Notes under the pieces: model-generated | The model's input: the letters and a program-made list of their open reading frames with translations, nothing else | Databases searched by the model: none | Told to the model about the DNA's origin: nothing | Shown here: positions 24,809 through 38,220 of the stretch, piece after piece | Layout of the letters: every line of letters starts with the position of its first letter | Numbering within the stretch: the first letter of the stretch is position 1 | Source of the DNA: Lingula anatina | Taxonomy: Eukaryota; Animalia; Brachiopoda | Direction of reading: 5' to 3' | NCBI GenBank assembly: GCA_051362555.1 | Contig: CM120646.1 | Span: 6,200,001 to 6,264,000 of the forward strand | DNA length: 64,000 nucleotides | Translations under genes and position numbers: made by a program

Positions 24809-26444
24809 TTAAGTACCAGCCACTTCTTAATCTGTCTAAAGCATTAGCCACTTCTTTATCTGTCTAAAGTACTAGCCACTTTTTTTCTGTCTAAATCACT
24901 ATCCACTTCTCTCTGTCTTTAACGTGCAATGTCTAAATAAAGTGGAAGACTACTGATTTACTACATATCAAAGTAGGCTAAAATTTGAATTACAATAATG
25001 ACTTGACCTTTTTCAATGGGAGAAAATTATTAATTTTACAGATACCGTATTCTTTTCAGTCACAATTTCTTAAAATTAGACCATTCCTATTGATTGGTAG
25101 CCTTGGAATTGAAACGCAGGCTACCCTATATTTCTATACAGTCAAAGCACCACGGATGCTACATAGAAATACAATTTTTATGATTGTAAAATATGGATCT
25201 AAAAGACTGATAATTTTTGCAAATAGAAAGATCAAGTCAGTACCATCAGTCTTCAAGTGAAGTTTTCGGTTCTTTTTAGAAACCAATTGAAATGTCTGCT
25301 TAATATCTAGCCAATTGCTCTTACTGTGCATTTGTACAACAATGAACCCACAACAAATATATTATACAACTTAAGTTCAAAGATATTCACAATATTCCCA
25401 AACACTCCTAATAAATATGAACTATATCGTATTCATATCCTTTAAGTTTACTCCATAACTTACATTCAGAAAACAGGTTTTAAACATATATATAGGTACT
25501 CTGTACATTTTGCCTATCAATGTCTTTAATATAAGGAGGGAGGGGGGGGGTGCGGCCAGTACAAGTTTGCCTAGTCTGTGCACCAAATTTCACAACAGGA
25601 GAAAAGATAAAAAAGACACACAAGACTGGAGATCACTCACATGAGAAATGCTCTCATTCAGAAGAAACCACATAAAAATGCTGAAACAGGTACTCTAATT
25701 GATTCAGCTTTTCAGTAGTCATGAAACAAGGTTGTTCTACTTCATATATATGTATATATTAATTACAATAAATAATTCAAAATCATGAAAAGAGCATCAC
25801 TTTTGAGTCCAGAATTTACAGCAAAAAACACCTGCATTTGTCTATTAATAACCAACCATCTTATCAAGAAAGAAAATCTACACAGTAGTTGACTGTCCCC
25901 ACCCTGAGGATAGAGCTATTTATAAATACAACTCTGTCTGGACTTCAAATTTAACAATATACAATCTATGGCTAGAAGAGGTAAATCCAGTGAAAACTAT
26001 CTGCATACAAGTTTAGACAAAACTATTTAGTCAGTGGATCTGAGCCCAAAAAATGATGAATCTTAGGAAAAAAAATGAATAACACAAATGAGCTATGTTA
26101 CCCAGGGTATCAGCTGTCTAACTAAGACTTATGTTTCTTTTTATGGACAGTTACAACACAGCACCATTTTTCCTCTTTAAATCTACATAAATCAATTTAG
26201 AAACTATTGCAGAAACAAAATTATCTTTTAAATTTGCAATTTTTCACAAATGCTAAACATTAAATATACTTCATTACTTTTTCACAATTGCTTGCTGACA
26301 TATCAATGTCTCAAATAAAATGATTGATAAAATTACACTGATAAAAAATATAACTGATGCATTTTTTACTCTAAGAGTATTTCTGTCGAAATAATCAACT
26401 TGACTAAAGTAAATGATACTGAAATGAGTCCATGACTGATATAA

Positions 26445-29400
26445 TTAGCAATGGGTACTCCTGCTGCTTTGGCTGCTGTGCTTAAACTTGCTGAAAATTG
26501 ACGGTTTCCCTTTCTTTTTCTTCTCCTTCTTTTTATGTTTAGGGGGGTCAGACGTAGGTTCGGATTCATCAGAGTCTATCTGTCCTATATCGTTTAAACT
26601 GAGAACCCCCCGTGCCCCTGCTTCTGCAGTAGGTACTTCTCCTGAGTTTGCTGCTGCTGGTGGAGCGCAAGATGAAGCGGAGGATGTGGTTGGATAGATA
26701 GGTGGAAAAACATCTGAAGAAGTTGGAGGACTCGAGCTCTGGGTCCATGAGAATTCTGAACTTGATGATGATGACATGCTAAGAAATAAGTTATCTAATT
26801 CTGAGGTCTTATCCTGAGAACTGAGCTGCGCCCCTGGTGCTTTTAACGACATCGCCAGACGGTTCCAGAACCACTCTTGGAGGTCCTGTTTTGTGTAGTC
26901 GCAAATAGCGATATGGCGAAGAATGGAGGGAATGTCGCAGCACTTGTACATTACAGGGACCAGTTTCTTACCTCTTGAACCTAAAGAGCAAGGTACAGAC
27001 ACATATTAACCAAAAAGAAATTTAATATTTTTGACTGTTATAAATGAGTTACAAGTACTTCTGATGTATTTTTAGATTAAATAGAAAAAAATTAATCAGC
27101 TGTCTTGAATTTACAACTCAGCACTGGTACAGTCAAAACCTGTGAACAAGTGTCCATATTTCAACATCAGCTTGCACTGTTTTGTTTGTAAAAGAAAACT
27201 GTTTTTACCTGGTGACAGTGACTGGGCAAACTTGATCTGGAAGTCGCACTGAGCAGAATTGAGGAATTTAGGAGATAAAATGATCACCATTCTGGTACAC
27301 CTGAAGAAGAAACAATTAATAAGTTGGAAAATCTAAGGAAAATCTAAGCTCATTAGATCCAGTTAAATAAATGTTAAGGCTAATGTGAGCTTTGGGATAT
27401 TTTTCCCATTATTATATATGAATGGTATATTAATAAAAATTATCAAATAATTTTTTTTATGGAGTGAATGCCCCTTATATCATATTAACATATAAAGTAT
27501 ATAGCTAAAGCTAGCGACCAAAATCTCAAAACAATCGAAAGTCTCACACACAATTTTATATCACATATGGTTTAATTTGGAATATGTATCATTTCATATG
27601 AACCTATTTTTCCCTCCTTTTTAAAATAAAAAATAACAGTTCCGTCGAAAAAATAATATTTCTGAATTGCTTTAATACCTTAATTCAACAATCCAAAGCT
27701 AATTTATCACAGGATGCAAAGGTGTCTACTGAGTACAATATACGTGCAAGCACATGTACGTGTGCGTGCAAGCATGTGCGTCTTACCTTTCCTCTATTAA
27801 TTTAGCACAAACTGTATTCGTTGAAGCGCCAGGGATGAGGTCTCTGGCTTGTACACATAACTTGAGGCCGTATTCTGGCTTCTCTAATTCGCTGATCAGC
27901 TTTTTCACAAAACCAATGTCTTCTTCGGCATAGGACACGAAGGCATCATAATACATTGCCTTGCCCGTCTGAACTGAAGGTTGAAGACAAAATATATATT
28001 GAAGTATTTATATTTGTGTGAAATGATTAATTAAATGCATGTATGACTAACCTGCAAATCAAAGTTTGTGATGAAGTTGAACTGTTCGTAAGGTTGTCTG
28101 ATAATAGTCTATAGATGTAAGAGTGTGAGTGCGTGCATGCATGTGCATGCCGCGCAATACTTTATAGATTGCAATTTTCTAAACAGTTTTGGATATGATA
28201 CACCTTCTAGTTGGTGGTTTAAAGATTATTTATTTATTAGTATTTTTTTTTTTTTGCTATTTAATGGTATAATGTACATTGTTATATGTTATGCCTTTTA
28301 GATCCCAAAGATACCGTTGATCTACTTGGATTGACCCAACTCTGTGGGGACTATCTCTAACTACAATCAGCTTAACTGAATTACATCTCCTCCTGGTGTT
28401 AAGTAGAATACAGAAAAGCTATTGATTATAAGAGTACTTTGGAAACATAAGGAGGTGTGTTTTTCATTTAAGCACTTAGGGCGCATTCCCATAGATTTTA
28501 GATCGATCTATCCCCGTTAGGAGTCTCACTAGATTACTGTCAGACAATCTAGCTTAAATGTCCGTCCCGCCTACTACAAGTTGTAAGGGGGTAATTAACT
28601 TTCGTGCCCGCTCAGCTGACAGCTATTTAGCGTGAACCCCCAGGGAGTTAGGTCGATCTAGTTGGATCGATCTAATCTCTGGGAACGGGGTCTTACAGAG
28701 AGTCCCTACAGAGTTGGGTAGTTCCACGCAGACCAATGATGGCCATGGGAATGGGTTTTTAATAAGCTAGTGCTGCACTGGATACAGTTTGACATACAAA
28801 TTATAGATCCGAAGATGGCGTTTTCTTTTAGACCAAAATTTTGGTCTACTGCAATTCAGGAAAAAAAATCTGCAGCAGTTGACTACAACAGAATTGACTA
28901 ATGGCCAAAAACGTTAGCCACTTCTTTCTTCTTATATGCAGACATAACATTTTGTTTAAGTGGGTACTAGTGCTATTCCAATTTCTTTACCTTACGAAAT
29001 GAATTGTTCAAAATTTTGTTGATGTACACTTATTTTCAAGTCTACTGAACAAATATGGATTTTAGACTCAAAATAAATATTATTATTATTATAATTATTA
29101 TTTAGAAAATATTGTAGAAAGTTTTCCTACCATCTTGCGTGGTCATGTACTTGTACTGGTCTTCTTTCATATCATCATATTCCATGGCACTGCTTACTGG
29201 AAAAATATAATATAATATAATATAATATAATATAATATAATATAATATAATATAATATAATATAATATAATATAATATAATATAATACGACACTGTATAT
29301 ATATATATATATATATACCAATGGTCCTTTGTTGCAAATGCATTATGTCTGCAGTCTCTTTTATTAGTTTGCTCTTTTGTCTAGACTTCTGATGCAAAAT

Positions 29401-32400
29401 AAGCACAGAAAAGTCAAGTAAAAGACTTTTGGAGGACATTCTAGATTAAGTTTACTAGTAGTTCTAGCTTTTAAACAGTCAGCACCGTGATAGCCAGGCC
29501 AACATAAAAGGAATAATGCATCTTCTGAAATTTTCTATTACATATTACTACTGGATATAGCTGTAATAATCTAATCACTTTCTTCTGTTAAAGAAGTATT
29601 AATATACTGGTGTTAATATTACTTTGGTTAAATTTTCATGGTTACCTTCACAATCTTGTAACGGTTTCTCTATCTCCATCTCCTTGCTCTGTCTCTGAAG
29701 GTAACTTTTCACATTATTTTCTGAAATTGGGAATTTAACATTTATTTTGTTGTTGCATACATTTTGAAAAAGGGAAAATAATTATATTTCACTTTAAATG
29801 GTGTTGGGAAAATGAGCAATGTAAACAGAACTTTTAAAAAGGAAACCTATTTCCCTACTTAAATCTATTTTCCTGAAATTGTAGAGCTCTTAATTAGTAT
29901 TTCCTCTTCTCAGCACTCAATAAACCTCTTGCTACATGTTTTAAAGGTACATACGAACCGAGCATCGGTGGAGCGGGGATTCCCAGTAACACATGTAAAC
30001 CACTTCTATTAGATTCTTATACGGCTCAAATAAATTCGACATGCCAAGGGATAAACTGAATAGATCACTCGATCAGCCATAAAAGACCTTTAGACTGCTC
30101 CTTTCTTTAAATTTTTGGTTGTAAACTTAACCTACTTTCGTGACCTACTTTCCTTCCCCATTGATATACAGCTTAGAATGCCAGCAGAAAAATACGTTCA
30201 AACATCATTTTTGGGTAAAATTAAACAATGCCTTTTGGTAATTCTCTCAGTTATACTACTTGAAACTATATGCTGGCATTTGGTTGGTTTTTATGACAAA
30301 AAATTGACTTTGTATGCATCTTTAATCATCATTCTGAAGTAGTTTCCACAAAATACACTTTTATTAATAATAACAAGAGCACTCATCCAGAGACCTTCAT
30401 CAAGACAATTATTAACTGAAAAAAAAAATCATCATTAATAAATTATGTAAATTAAATAACAGACTCTATTCCCACAGATTTTAGATCGAACTAACCCCGT
30501 GGGGAGTCTCACTAGATTACTGTCAGCTTAGCTGGCTTAAATGTCTGTCCCGCCTACTAAAAGCTGTAAGGGGGTAATTAACTTTTGTGTGGGCTTGGCT
30601 GACAGCAATTTAGGGTGAATCGCCAGGGAAGTAGGTCGATCCAGATGGATCGATCTAAATCTGTGGGAACCCAGTCATGATTAACCATTAAGTAATACAT
30701 GGATCACCACCAACATGTTATCATCTTTACCTTGGTCCATTTGTGACTTATCATGGTAATTTCCTTTAACAAATTAACTAAAAATTAACTATAAATTAAT
30801 TAATCAATGATAGTTAAATTGTTTTTTGTTTTGATGATAGATCCACACATATTTGATTTATTTGTTGAGCCTTAATTCTACCTATGGGATCCAATGGAAT
30901 ACTGGGGAAAACACTTCATTTTTACAGGAAAAACATGAAAGTATGGTGCTCAATATGTTATTAAGTAAAATTTTAGACCTTTTCATATCAAGCGTTGAGT
31001 TACATCAGGAGTTTTGATTGACAGCTAAATAGCCCTGTTATTCCAAAATGAAACCCCCTCCCTCTGGCCCCGAACTTAGCACTGTTTATTTATTTTGATT
31101 GGTACAGGAATAAATAGCAAATTTGAAAAAGGGACTAAAGTCTTTGTAGCTTATTTACAAAGTGAAACCTCTCAAAACATAAGATTACCAATGCAAACAT
31201 TTAACACTCAATGTGAAAAATTTTTACAAATTTAATCCCAACTACAGTTCAAAATACAATGTCACTATTCAAATGTTTTGTTAATAAATAAACAATGACA
31301 GTGACCTGCGAGATTGCTCAATGGGAGAATAAATAAAAGGTTGCCAGTTCTCAGAATCACAACTCTAAATCGGAAACCAAAACAGGAACTAAACGGACAT
31401 ATCAACACCTACACAAATTGCTTATATTTATATATATATAAATAGCAGGAATAACTTCTGACATGTGTACTTGTAAGAAGGTGGTTTTGATGCAAAATTT
31501 TTATTTAGGCATGCATGAATTGAGGGGAGTCTTTGGGGCTAGTTTGCTGTCAATATTCGGTTTTATAGCACAACAGAATAATTCATCATAAAAGAATTTC
31601 ATCAGCTGTGTTATGTTGTAAGACTATTTTTTTTCTTCAGTCATAAGCTTAATATTGAAATAATTTACCTCCAATATTCCAATGTCTGACAGAGCATCTT
31701 AATCAAGGAATGTTGGGCTATTCACATTATTTCAATATTAAGCTGCTGCTTGAAGAAAAAATTAGTCTTACAACAGAATTTTTGTACTAATTAACCCCAG
31801 CTGTTTGTGAGCTTTACAGTGGGTGGATCATGTGTGTTAATGTTTATGTCCTTGTGCTGGGTAGATTTTACGTCTGCTTTTTTTTTTTAGATAACAGAGC
31901 TTCCTGAATATGCTCATATTGCAGGGTGTAAAGCTATAACGGACCTTCTGAAAAAAGGGGAAAATAATTTAAAAACAGGAAAAATATTGGAATTTTATTG
32001 CAAAAGTATAGAAAAATTGTAATTATTCGGAAGAAAGTTGGCCTCCCATCATCCCTAAAGCCATACTGGTCTAGTACACATCCTAACCTGTAGTAAATAA
32101 AATAATTTAGTGTAACAACAATCATTCACCTAAGAAACTTTCAAACAACAACAATCAATACATGCTAGTAGTTAACTCCGTATATCATCAATACAGTACC
32201 TGTAACACATCTTTTATAGCATATAACATACATTGCACTTATGTAGCCAAAACAATGTAAACTGTCATCAACACCATATCATAACGGGGTCATGCTGATA
32301 CTCCCCCGCACTGATAATCCCCCTTAAAAATTTTTTGTATTATGCACGTCGATATGAACGGAACCCACATTGATAGATCCCCGCACCAGTACTTCCCCGC

Positions 32401-33725
32401 ACCGATACTCCCCCCAACCGATACTTCCCCTCAGTATCGATGCGGGAAAGCAATAATATGGGGGACTATCGGTGCGGGGAAGTAAAGGGATGTAACCATC
32501 ATGACATATTTGGGCTTTTAAGTCAGATTTTTCACTAGACAATATTTTTGTCCCTACTGCTGATTTTTATGCTGGGATCACTTTTTCAGGCTTCATAAAC
32601 AACAACTGCCATTAGCAATACAAAGCTGTATGGGTTTGCGATAGAAAATCCCGAATTAACAACCTAAACCACAGTCTAATTATGCAAGCATGAAAAAACT
32701 TGTTGTGAGCATGAATAAGGAAAACAAAATCATGAAAGTATGGTGCACAATATGTTGTTAAGTAAAATTTTAGACCTTTTTATATCAAGCATTGAGTTAC
32801 ATCAGGAGTTTTGATTGACAGCTAAATAGCCCTGCTATTCCAAAATGACACCCCCTCCCTTCCGCCCCTGAACATGGCATTGTTCATTTAGGCTTCGTTC
32901 ACATGGAAAGTCTATTTTCTAAAAATCTATTTTCTATTCGCGGTATATCTTGTGATCACAGTCTGTGCCCTGAATATCCCGTGGCGTAATTACTTATTCC
33001 ACGAGAATTAATTACAGCTTTGTATAAGTAACTGGCTCGCGTTGCCAGTAATTACGCCGCGGGATATTCAGGGCACAGACCATGATCATAAGATACCGCG
33101 AATAGAAAATAGATTTTTAGAAAATAGACTATCCATGTGAATGAAGCCTTATTTTGATTGGTACAGGAATAAATAGCATATATATGAAAAGAGACTAAAG
33201 TCTTTGTAGCTTATTCACAAGGTGAAATCTCTCAAAAAACGACAGCACTTGACAAACTTGATAAATTTCAACAACCAAGAGACCAATAGCTCTTACAGTT
33301 CCTGAATTACACAGACTTTTTAGTTTCGGCATCTAATGGCTGCTTCACCCATGAAAATGCACCAATTGACCCTAAACTCAGAATGATGAAAGAAAACCCA
33401 AGTGTAACTTCTCATCATAATATCAAAAACAAATCAGCACAAGCAAATCAAATCGAATGCCATGCTCAAAATCTTCAAATATGACTTTTGGTCAGACTCC
33501 TACAGTAACTTTTTCTATAATTCCGTCAGTTGAGAGGTATTTAGCATTTCACTTAAAAATATGCTGAAAAAGATGAAAACACAGGATAACTTTTATAAAA
33601 ATTGGACTGATCAGGCCATTTTTTGAACTTGACCTGTATTTTAATACTATTGATCACTCCTGTAACTTTTAAGACAATAGGCCTATCAGTTTTCCATAAA
33701 ATGTATTATCTATCTATCTATATCT

Positions 33726-33773
<48 letters not shown>

Positions 33774-36566
33774 TACAAAAAGAGAGAGAAAAAAAAACAG
33801 AATAATTTTCACTACATGACTGTACTAGTACATAAAAATGGAATATCTAAAAAAAAAACAAGGCAGCAAAGCTGTCAAATGTACAGACAAAAAGCAGGAA
33901 ATAACAAAATAGGCTACTGTCAATTCTGATGCAAAAGTACATTATGTTAAACTGCAAATTCAACATCAAATTTTAATTATGCTCAACAGGTAATACCAAT
34001 GTAAGTAAAATGTGAAACAAGTATAAGGCTTCAGGCCCATGGGAGTTCAAGTTCACACTTTGAAAATGTAAAACTTCCACAAAAAGAAGTCAATTAGACT
34101 GCTTTTCCAACTCAGGCTGCATTTTAGTCCTGTATTTCTTTTTTGAAAGTTTGGCAATCATTAGTAACATGGTTTTCCCATAATGGTCATCATGGCAGCA
34201 GCACCCAAAATTGTGTTTTCTTCTATTCTGATGCAATATTACATAATGGTTAACAGCATAATGACAATCAATTTTTAATAACAAAATATATGTATCATGG
34301 ATTTTCAGAAAATGTGACTAGCCTGGGTCTTCAAGCCTGTGGAACTTCAAAGTCACACCTTGAAAATGCCAATATGTGAAAAATTAAATTTTCACAAAAA
34401 AACTGTTTAACTGGCAAATTGCATTGCCTACTGAAGCTGTATTTTAGTCCCATGTTTCTTTCCTGTAAGCACAGTAAGTGACATGGTTTTTCTTAAAAGG
34501 TAATCATGGGAGCAGTGCCCAAAATAGTTTTTTTTTCAAATTTTGATGCAATATTACATAATGTTTAACAGCATAATGACCATCAATTTTTAATAATAAA
34601 ATATTAGTATCATGGATATTCAGAAAATGTGACTAGCAAAGGTCTTCAGGCCCATGGAACTTCAAAGTCACAACTTGAAAATGCCAAAATGTAAACAAGA
34701 CAGCACTGTTCTGAAATGTTTTTTTCCCCATTTTTAACAATTTTTAACATAAAATAAAATTAACAGTTTACTGCCATTTTTATATGATCAACTAAGAAAA
34801 TTGATGAGATGAGAAAAATATCAATAGAGCAGTGTTAAATGTCCAATTTCTTCCATTCTGAGATTCTGAACATAGTGAATGATTGAATCTGACAAACTGC
34901 AATGATATGAGTTTATTTCCATTTTTGAAACTTTATTACACAATACACGATAACATGTTTACCATCATTTTTACAAAATCAACTAACAATGTTGTAAAGA
35001 TGCAGGAAATGTCAAACAAACACTTTCACGTATCTTATTAGTTTAATAATGAGACTGTTAACATGTCTAAAAACTGAATCTGAAGGAAATGTGAAAAAAC
35101 AGCATACCTTCAAAAATAATGGCCCGATTATGCTGATTTACAAACTCAACCTGCATTTTAGTAAAATTGACCACTCCTGTGACTTTCATGACAATTGGCC
35201 CATCTGTTTTTCTTATATTGTGTTTACAGTGTTGCATATAAGCTGAAAAGTGTAAGAAACAGCATAACTAGTAAAATAGTGGCCCGATCATGCCAATTTT
35301 TTAACTTGACCTGCGTTTTAGTAAGATTGATTACTCCTGTGAGTTTCATGACAACATGTCTATCGGTTTTCCTTGAAATGTGTTAACAGTGTTGCATATA
35401 TGCTGAAAAGTGAAAAAACAGCATAAATACTAAAATAGTGGCCCGATCATGCCGATTTTCGAACTTGATCTGCGTTTTAGTAAGACTGATTACTCCTGTG
35501 AGTTTCATGACAACAGGCCTATCGGTTTTCCTTGAAATGTGTTAACAGTGTTGCATATATGCTAAAAAGTGAAAAAACAGCATAAATTCTACAATAATGG
35601 CCCGATCATGCTGATTTTCGAACTTGACCTGCGTTTTATGAATATTAGTCAGCTCTGTAAATATAAAGCCAAAAAGTAAAACTGTCTTCCACTTATGGTG
35701 TTAACGCTGAAAGTGCACGGCGAAGGCGACGGCGACGGCGACATGATCGGCGACGGCGACGACAGACGCAGGTGATGGCAATATGTACAGACACATCTGT
35801 GTCTGTACATAATAAACGAAACCTGACATCCCGTTATGGAAATAATTTATGAAATTCTTAGTGTGGGTCTTCACCTGATTAATCTACTAATATAATGGCC
35901 TCTCCCACTAAGCCATGGCAAATGCCATCCAGAAGTATCACACTGCCAATTATTGGCAAACTGTTAGGCAATTTCAAGTCATTTGAATCAAGCTTTTACA
36001 TAATCACACATGTCTGCACTGTAGTTTAATAGGACATGCACTAGTAGGTCAAAAGCTAGTCAATATCTTGGCCAATTCTCCCAAACCTTCATAAACAGTT
36101 CAATATCGACTGAGGTTTCCACATTTTATTTGGTGTTTTATTATATGATTTTTTTAAATTAAAATTTATTCACCAATTGTACAGATTAAAATAAAGCATA
36201 TATGATAAACATCATAACATGACATGGAACATCATTTCTGGGACAAAACAAAAGGGAAAAAAATAGGAATATATCATAAAAGTAGGGAAAAAAGGGACTC
36301 GACATCCTGATATTTTATAATAACTGAAGGGATTTTTTCACTTGCAGCTTTTTCCTCTTGAACTATAAGATTCATCAGAAAGATGATCCACCATCACTCC
36401 TTGATACATGTACTAGTACAAAGGCCTCATTCAGAACAGTGAACTAACTAGTCCAAGCCGTCAAATATGGCTGATCCACTTGAATACTTTCACACGGGGA
36501 ATCTATTCAGTGTCTATTAGCAGATTAAATGGCAAGCTTTGTAGTGGGCCACCATATCTGACCATA

Positions 36567-36608
<42 letters not shown>

Positions 36609-36882
36609 CGATGTGCTACATGTGACGTAGTGCACATACATTAGCTGATAAGATCAAATGTATTCCCACTTCACTATCAGTGATATAAGTCACTGGATCG
36701 GAAATTATCCGTTAATTCAGCGGTTGGCAAAAGAAAAAGTAGAATTGCAAGCCTGAGTGTGAGATGGTAAAATTCTTTGCTAGACTAGAATTTTCATTTC
36801 AGATTTTTCTTTACCAATTTTACAAGTTGTAGATGAGTATGAGGTATGCTGTCAGTTGTTGACAGGCACACCATTCCCCGCA

Positions 36883-36933
<51 letters not shown>

Positions 36934-36937
36934 GGGG

Positions 36938-36975
<38 letters not shown>

Positions 36976-38186
36976 CATTGTTTACCACTCCAGTGATCAG
37001 CTTCAAATAAATAATCAGGATCAGAAGACGAAAGAAATAGCTGAATAGTATTTCTTTTAGCCTATGAGTGACAGTTATATAATGATTCATCATGCACAAA
37101 AGGCAAATTAATTAGTATGCCCAAGCTTTCTATGCTGCATAAATAAAATTCATAGTATAAATATTCATAACATATTTATAAATCATATTCGTCAACATGC
37201 AACTTTGTTTCACATGGACTCAAAGGACTTTATTATAATAAATGAATACATGAATAAATGACAACAGTCATTAAATTATATTATATTCTCAAAATTATAG
37301 CAGTTAAAAAAGTAATATGAAAAGGAGTATTATCAGATGGTCAAAATGGCGCCCAAGGAAATGAAAATTGGAAGATCTCAAGAAGGCTTACTTAGCATGG
37401 TTTATTTCCACTGCACAGGGCCACTAATTACTAGTACTTGAGCTGCTAAAATAAGAACCTAAATACCCAGCCTAGGTCAAAGCTCTATATGACTGTTAAA
37501 TGTGCCAAAATTTAACGATTACTAGTAACATCCCGTATATCAAAACAATAATAAAGAAAATGGAATGTGCAGTTGATTTTATCAGTCACTGACCTGCCTA
37601 AGTATATATTTGTTTATTTTTTCATCATAGACTGAACAGATGTCATGAAATAAAAAACAATTATTTGTCATAACAACAAGCATACAACTGCCCCGTATAA
37701 CTTCAAGGTACAGTAATTTGCTCCCTTATTTCCTTATCCGCTGCGTCACAAAGTTAACAAGCCAATAATATCACTTGGTGCATAATTAGCACTAGCAATT
37801 ATGATAAGCTTGGGGCAAATTATAAGATAAACACTTGATGTAATGACCCCCGGCAATTTCCATTTTGTGATGTTTAAGTTAAGACATGATGACATGCAAG
37901 TTTTTAAACTGAATTCGAAACAGAAACCGAGTGTCACCATGTACCATCTTTGCCTGACCTTGTTTTCATGTAGCCCAGTGTAAGGCTTTAAACACTTGCA
38001 TGTATGTCAATATTCACCACTCAGGCTACAGAATTACATGTTCTACATATCAAAACTACATAGAGCTCTGGAACTCTGTAATTCTGTGTTAACAGCTGTG
38101 GAAAGTTATTTTTGAAGAGAGAACGAAATAAATCATATCCACCATGTGCACACAGTAATAGAATATTAAGTGTCCATGTCCCTCAC

Positions 38187-38220
<34 letters not shown>

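Noticed and set aside
29102-29439. ORFs with YYIIL repeats
   Set aside because: Translation of the (TATAA)n microsatellite; only 29131-29196 is a real exon.
35090-35640. Regularly spaced repeats (also 51130-52050 and 13565-13855) resembling a CRISPR array
   Set aside because: Eukaryotic context, whole units repeat with no unique spacers, and no cas genes.
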